From: Methylovorus sp. MM2
Lineage (GTDB): Bacteria > Pseudomonadota > Gammaproteobacteria > Burkholderiales > Methylophilaceae
Reading direction: 5' to 3'
Length of the DNA: 40,000 bases
Assembly: GCF_001648895.1 (NCBI RefSeq)
Contig: NZ_LXUF01000001.1
Span: 1,059,726-1,099,725, forward strand
The position numbers and the translations under genes are program-made. A model generated the notes under the pieces. The model had not been told where the DNA came from. It saw only the letters and a program-made list of their open reading frames with translations, and searched no databases. Positions 35,187 through 40,000 of this stretch are shown in pieces (the first letter of the stretch is position 1; every line of letters starts with the position of its first letter).

Positions 35187-35498
35187 ATGGCACAATTTGA
35201 TCATGTAAGCGTCAAGAAAAAAGCGAACATCTATTTCGATGGTAAGTGCGTGAGCCATACAGTGCTCTTCCCCAATGGCACGCGCTGCACTGTAGGCGTT
35301 ATCTTCCCGAGCACGTTGACTTTCAATACAGGCTCTCCTGAGTTGATGGAGATCAATACGGGTGTTTGCAAAGTACGTCTTAAAGGTGAAGATGCTTGGC
35401 ATACCTACAAGGAAGGTGAAAAATTCACAGTTCCGGGTAATTCCAGCTTTGATATTGAAACTGTTGAGACCTTAGATTACGTTTGTCATTTCGAGTAA
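35187..35498 (+). CDS. ppnP: pyrimidine/purine nucleoside phosphorylase PpnP (DUF1255, YaiE-like cupin)
   Basis: 103 aa. [12 protein letters not shown]..., ...[13 protein letters not shown]......GEDAW..Y..GE.F.VPGNSSF......T.DYVCHF is collinear with E. coli YaiE as I remember it. Confidence 0.75.
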   Translation: MAQFDHVSVKKKANIYFDGKCVSHTVLFPNGTRCTVGVIFPSTLTFNTGSPELMEINTGVCKVRLKGEDAWHTYKEGEKFTVPGNSSFDIETVETLDYVCHFE

Positions 35499-35503
35499 AT
35501 CCT

Positions 35504-35998
35504 ATGCCTTCATTTGATATTAGTTCTGAAGTAGATATGGTTGCCCTTAAAAATGCGATCGATGTGGCGGCTCGCCAGATCACTAATCGCTACGACTTTA
35601 AAGGGTCAAGTGCCAATGTCGAGTTGAATGAGAAAGATAGCCTAATCACCTTATTTGGCGATTCTGATTTTCAGCTGGATCAGATCAAGGATATCCTGCT
35701 GCCAGCTATGGAAAAGAAAGAAGCCGATAGCGCAAAACGTTTGGACCATCAGGAAGTGCAAAAGGTATCTGGCAACAAGGTAAAACAGGTACTAAAGATT
35801 AAAGCTGGAATCGATGCCGAGTTGGCAAAGAAGTTAGTCAAACTGTTAAAAGATAGTGGTTTGAAAGTGCAGGCCAGCATTCAGGGTGATACGGTTCGCG
35901 TAACCGGCGCTAAGCGTGATGTGCTGCAAGATGCTATTGCAACAGCGAAGAAATCGATTACGGACTTCCCGTTGCAGTTCGGAAACTTTAGGGATTAG
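35504..35998 (+). CDS. yajQ: YajQ-family nucleotide (c-di-GMP)-binding protein
   Basis: Begins MPSFDISSEVDMVALKNAIDVAARQITNRYDFKGS, the typical YajQ N-terminus. The start is taken at the ATG at 35504, not the track start at 35483, which overlaps ppnP. Confidence 0.8.
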   Translation: MPSFDISSEVDMVALKNAIDVAARQITNRYDFKGSSANVELNEKDSLITLFGDSDFQLDQIKDILLPAMEKKEADSAKRLDHQEVQKVSGNKVKQVLKIKAGIDAELAKKLVKLLKDSGLKVQASIQGDTVRVTGAKRDVLQDAIATAKKSITDFPLQFGNFRD

Positions 35999-36058
35999 AT
36001 GCCTGCCTAAACAGGCAATCGCGGGTGCATGAGCATCACGCCATATTAGGTATTTGTA

Positions 36059-37468
36059 ATGAAAAAAACGCTTTACGATAAATTGTTTGATTCGCATGTG
36101 GTGCATGAAGAAAACGGCACCGCGTTGATTTATATCGACCGTCATTTGGTGCATGAAGTCACTAGCCCTCAGGCATTTGAGGGTTTGAAGCTTTCTGGCC
36201 GTAAACTCTGGCGCATCAACTCAATACTGGCAGTGCCTGATCATAATGTGCCAACGACAGATCGCAGCACCGGTATTCAAGGTATCACTGATCCGATCTC
36301 ACGCTTGCAGGTCGAGACCTTGGATAAAAACTGTGGCGATTTTGGCGTAACCGAATTCAAGATGGATGACGTACGTCAAGGTATCGTGCACGTGATCGGC
36401 CCTGAGCAAGGGGCGACTTTGCCTGGTATGACCGTTGTTTGCGGTGATTCCCATACGAGTACACACGGCGCATTCGCTGCTTTAGCGCATGGTATTGGCA
36501 CCTCTGAAGTCGAGCACGTGATGGCGACGCAGTGTTTGGTGCAGAAAAAATCCAAGGCGATGCAAATCAATGTCGAAGGCGAATTGGGCTTGGGCGTTAC
36601 GGCCAAAGATGTTGCGCTCGCAGTGATCGGTAAAATCGGTACAGCAGGTGGTACTGGTTATGCGATAGAGTTTGCAGGTTCAGCTATCCGTGGTTTGACT
36701 ATGGAAGGTCGTATGACGCTCTGTAATATGGCAATCGAAGCGGGTGCGCGTGCAGGCATGGTGGCGGCTGATGACACAACGATCGATTATATCAAGGGTC
36801 GTCCTTTCGCACCAAAACCTGATCAGTGGGATGCAGCAGTGAGTTATTGGCGTACGCTTCATAGTGATGATGGTGCCAAGTTTGATGCCGTTGTTAATAT
36901 CGATGCAGCAAGTATATTGCCACAGGTCACTTGGGGTACGTCGCCTGAGATGGTGATCGATATCAATGGCAGCGTGCCTGACCCTAAAGATGCCCATAGC
37001 GATGTGCAACGTCAGGACTGGGAGCGCGCATTGCAATATATGGGGTTAGAGGCCAATACGCCTGTCTCAGATATCATGATCGATAAAGTCTTTATCGGCT
37101 CCTGCACTAATTCGCGTATAGAAGATCTGCGAGCTGCGGCGCGCGTTGCACAGGGTAAGCATATCGCCTCCAATGTTAAGTTGGCTTTGGTTGTGCCGGG
37201 TTCTGGATTAGTGAAGGCGCAAGCAGAAAAAGAAGGCTTGGATAAGATATTCAAGGATGCTGGTTTCGAGTGGCGTGAGCCTGGGTGTTCTATGTGTCTT
37301 GCCATGAATGCAGACCGCCTTGAGCCGGGTGAGCGTTGTGCTTCAACATCCAACCGTAATTTTGAAGGCAGGCAAGGGCAGGGCGGTAGAACGCATCTTG
37401 TAAGTCCAGAAATGGCCGCTGCCGCTGCCGTTTCTGGCCATTTCGTTGATGTACGGCAGTTAATGTAA
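36059..37468 (+). CDS. leuC: 3-isopropylmalate dehydratase large subunit
   Basis: [45 protein letters not shown]-type motif, Fe-S Cys contexts ([15 protein letters not shown]). Confidence 0.95.
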   Translation: MKKTLYDKLFDSHVVHEENGTALIYIDRHLVHEVTSPQAFEGLKLSGRKLWRINSILAVPDHNVPTTDRSTGIQGITDPISRLQVETLDKNCGDFGVTEFKMDDVRQGIVHVIGPEQGATLPGMTVVCGDSHTSTHGAFAALAHGIGTSEVEHVMATQCLVQKKSKAMQINVEGELGLGVTAKDVALAVIGKIGTAGGTGYAIEFAGSAIRGLTMEGRMTLCNMAIEAGARAGMVAADDTTIDYIKGRPFAPKPDQWDAAVSYWRTLHSDDGAKFDAVVNIDAASILPQVTWGTSPEMVIDINGSVPDPKDAHSDVQRQDWERALQYMGLEANTPVSDIMIDKVFIGSCTNSRIEDLRAAARVAQGKHIASNVKLALVVPGSGLVKAQAEKEGLDKIFKDAGFEWREPGCSMCLAMNADRLEPGERCASTSNRNFEGRQGQGGRTHLVSPEMAAAAAVSGHFVDVRQLM

Positions 37469-37535
37469 ATGGTGGTTGAGGTAAATTAAGTTACATCGAT
37501 TAAATCTGCTGTATTTTAATAAAGGTATAGAGAAT

Positions 37536-37664
37536 ATGAATAAATTATTTATGATCGTGGCATTAGCAGCAGTGGTAATGTTAAGTGGATGCAATACTTG
37601 GCATGGCCTAGGCAAAGATGTAGAGAAGGTCGGCGAGAAGATTCAGAAATCGCCAAATAATTAA
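37536..37664 (+). CDS. entericidin A/B-family small lipoprotein (42 aa)
   Basis: Below the ORF-track size cutoff. Translation: MNKLFMIVALAAVVMLSGCNTWHGLGKDVEKVGEKIQKSPNN. Lipobox LSGC followed by the entericidin-like NT..G.G.D....G..I. The stop abuts the leuD ATG. Confidence 0.7.
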   Translation: MNKLFMIVALAAVVMLSGCNTWHGLGKDVEKVGEKIQKSPNN

Positions 37665-38303
37665 ATGAAGCCTTTTACTTTATTGGATGGCTTGGTCGTT
37701 CCGCTTGATCGTGCCAATGTCGATACGGATGCCATCATCCCGAAGCAGTTCCTGAAATCGATCAAACGATCTGGTTTTGGTCCGAATGCTTTCGATGAGT
37801 GGCGCTATCTCGACCATGGTGAGCCGGGCATGGATAATTCCAAACGCCAGATAAATCCGGATTTCGTCTTGAACAAGCCTCGTTATCAGGGCGGTTCCGT
37901 ATTGCTTGCACGTGAGAATTTCGGCTGTGGATCTAGCCGTGAGCATGCGCCTTGGGCGTTGGAAGATTATGGTTTTCGTTCGATTATCGCACCGAGCTTT
38001 GCTGACATTTTCTTCAATAATTGCTTCAAGAATGGCATGTTGCCTATCGTATTGCCAGCTGAGATCGTCGATGAACTATTTCAAGAGGTAGAAGCGCAAT
38101 CCGGTTACCAATTGGCTATCGATCTTGAGGCGCAGACTGTGATCACGCCAAGTGGTAAATCCTACCCTTTTGAAGTGGATGCTTTCCGTAAACATTGCTT
38201 ATTAAATGGCTTAGATGATATTGGCCTCACGATGCAGCAGCAAGATAAGATCAAAGCATTCGAGATCAAACATCAAGCATCACAGCCTTGGCTATTCAAT
38301 TAG
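37665..38303 (+). CDS. leuD: 3-isopropylmalate dehydratase small subunit
   Basis: [28 protein letters not shown] and [12 protein letters not shown]. 212 aa. Confidence 0.95.
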   Translation: MKPFTLLDGLVVPLDRANVDTDAIIPKQFLKSIKRSGFGPNAFDEWRYLDHGEPGMDNSKRQINPDFVLNKPRYQGGSVLLARENFGCGSSREHAPWALEDYGFRSIIAPSFADIFFNNCFKNGMLPIVLPAEIVDELFQEVEAQSGYQLAIDLEAQTVITPSGKSYPFEVDAFRKHCLLNGLDDIGLTMQQQDKIKAFEIKHQASQPWLFN

Positions 38304-38354
38304 AGCAAGCTGATTTATAAACAGATCAAGAAATAATTCAGGAATTTTAAGGTT

Positions 38355-39410
38355 ATGAAAATTGCAGTATTACCCGGCGATGGTATCGGGCCAGAGATCG
38401 TTGCGCAGGCGGTAAAAGTACTTAATGCCTTAAATATAGATTTGCAGTTGCAAGAAGCCCACATTGGAGGCGCAGGTTACGATGCTGAAGGTGATCCGCT
38501 CCCCGCTTCAACGCTTAAACTAGCGCAGGAATCTGATGCGGTATTGCTTGGTGCGGTTGGCGGCTGGCAGTATGACACTTTGCCACGTGATATGCGTCCT
38601 GAGCGCGGTCTTTTGCGTATTCGTAAAGAACTAGGCCTGTTTGCTAATCTACGCCCAGCGCTTTTGTATGATGAATTGGCTAGCGCTTCTACCCTAAAGC
38701 CTGAAGTGGTTTCCGGTTTGGATATCATGATTGTACGCGAGCTTACGGGTGATATCTATTTTGGGCAGCCACGTGGCATCACAACATTAGCGAATGGTGA
38801 GCGCGAGGGTATCAATACGATGCGCTATACCGAGTCTGAGATTCGCCGTATCGGCCGTGTCGCATTCGATATTGCAATGAAGCGTAATAAGAAAGTCTGC
38901 TCAGTCGATAAAGCGAATGTGTTGGAGACAACAGAGCTTTGGCGTCAGGTGATGATCGAGCTATCAAAAGACTATCCTGAAGTCGAACTTAGCCACATGT
39001 ATGTCGATAATGCGGCAATGCAATTGGTGAGAGCGCCAAAGCAGTTCGATGTGATCGTGACAGGTAACATCTTCGGCGATATCCTCTCTGATGAGGCATC
39101 GATGCTGACAGGCTCTATCGGTATGCTACCTTCTGCGTCACTCGATCAGAATAATAAAGGCATGTATGAGCCTAGCCATGGTTCTGCCCCAGATATCGCT
39201 GGCAAAGATATTGCTAATCCATTAGCGACGATTCTTTCGGCGGTGATGATGTTGCGCTACACATTTAACGATGAAGCCAATGCGCAACGGATTGAGAACG
39301 CTGTTAAGAAAACATTGGCGCAAGGTTATCGTACAGGTGATATCTATACCGACGGTACGAAGAAAGTAAAATGTAGTGAAATGGGCGATGCAGTCGTTGC
39401 CGCTCTGTAA
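38355..39410 (+). CDS. leuB: 3-isopropylmalate dehydrogenase
   Basis: [47 protein letters not shown] and [26 protein letters not shown]. Confidence 0.95.
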   Translation: MKIAVLPGDGIGPEIVAQAVKVLNALNIDLQLQEAHIGGAGYDAEGDPLPASTLKLAQESDAVLLGAVGGWQYDTLPRDMRPERGLLRIRKELGLFANLRPALLYDELASASTLKPEVVSGLDIMIVRELTGDIYFGQPRGITTLANGEREGINTMRYTESEIRRIGRVAFDIAMKRNKKVCSVDKANVLETTELWRQVMIELSKDYPEVELSHMYVDNAAMQLVRAPKQFDVIVTGNIFGDILSDEASMLTGSIGMLPSASLDQNNKGMYEPSHGSAPDIAGKDIANPLATILSAVMMLRYTFNDEANAQRIENAVKKTLAQGYRTGDIYTDGTKKVKCSEMGDAVVAAL

Positions 39411-39426
39411 TTTTGGAACATAAATC

Positions 39427-40000
39427 ATGTTAACTGTAGGTTTTATCGGATGGCGAGGAATGGTGGGATCTGTGCTTATCCAGCGTATGCTGGAAGAGCA
39501 GGATTTCGATCATATCGAACCCGTTTTCTTCACCACCTCGCAGCCGGGCGGCAAAGGCCCTGCGATTGGTAAAGATACACCGCCATTAAAAGATGCAAAA
39601 GATATCGCCGAGCTTAAGGCGATGGATGTCATCATCTCGTGTCAAGGGAGTGATTACACCGCTGAGATATTCCCACAGTTGCGCGCTGATGGTTGGCAAG
39701 GGCACTGGATAGATGCCGCAAACAAATTGCGCATGGAGAATGACGCAACCATCATTCTCGATCCTGTAAACCTCAATGTAATCCAAGATGCATTGGTGCA
39801 CGGTGGAAAGAACTGGATAGGCGGTAACTGTACTGTATCGCTCATGCTGATGGCGCTGAATGGCCTGTTCAAGGCTGATTTGGTGGAGTGGGCGAGTTCC
39901 ATGACCTACCAAGCTGCATCAGGTGCTGGTGCACAAAATATGCGTGAATTACTCAAGCAGATGGGTGAGGCACATCGTGTTGCCCAAAACTTATTATCTG
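39427..40000 (+). CDS. asd: aspartate-semialdehyde dehydrogenase (5' part; runs off the right edge)
   Basis: Not in the track because it has no stop codon. The ATG at 39427 gives [24 protein letters not shown]...[13 protein letters not shown]...[10 protein letters not shown], with the Asd active-site Cys context. Confidence 0.9.
   Translation, partial: MLTVGFIGWRGMVGSVLIQRMLEEQDFDHIEPVFFTTSQPGGKGPAIGKDTPPLKDAKDIAELKAMDVIISCQGSDYTAEIFPQLRADGWQGHWIDAANKLRMENDATIILDPVNLNVIQDALVHGGKNWIGGNCTVSLMLMALNGLFKADLVEWASSMTYQAASGAGAQNMRELLKQMGEAHRVAQNLLS

Noticed and set aside
35483-35503. Upstream start for the YajQ gene that overlaps ppnP
   Set aside because: The ATG at 35504 yields the canonical YajQ N-terminus MPSFDI... 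and removes the overlap.
36000-36017. Small hairpin tgcctg/caggca after yajQ as a terminator
   Set aside because: The stem is only 6 bp and no T-tract follows. That is too weak to call.

Overview
This looks like a chromosomal window from a betaproteobacterium. That call is inferred from gene content and order (leuC, an entericidin-like lipoprotein, leuD, leuB, asd; also glnE, acs, prfC and an arginine biosynthesis cluster) and was not checked by any search. Most of the window is ordinary housekeeping DNA. The exception is about 18.9-25.9 kb, which is a chromosomal integron. It has a tyrosine-recombinase integron integrase (24958..25947, +) and an attI region (about 24826..24957). Running away from it on the minus strand is an array of 13 small co-oriented cassette ORFs, separated by 12 very similar 58-63 bp attC repeats plus one degenerate terminal site. 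None of the 13 cassette products is recognisable to me. Nine are small multi-pass membrane proteins, two carry signal peptides and two are small soluble proteins. This array is the accessory region and the best place to look for undescribed functions, such as phage-defence, toxin or immunity-type cassettes. The integrase stop codon overlaps the start codon of a PAS/HisKA_3 sensor kinase that is followed by a NarL/LuxR-type response regulator, and the attI/intI promoter region has no LexA box. A second point of interest is a Cpx-like envelope-stress module at 3.0-6.8 kb. It consists of a CpxP/Spy-like gene divergent from CpxR/CpxA-like genes, with tandem GTAAA-N5-GTAAA boxes in the divergent intergenic region. 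A triple GTAAA array also lies upstream of a neighbouring EF-hand protein gene. All functional calls rest on my reading of the translated ORFs and motifs. No database search was run.
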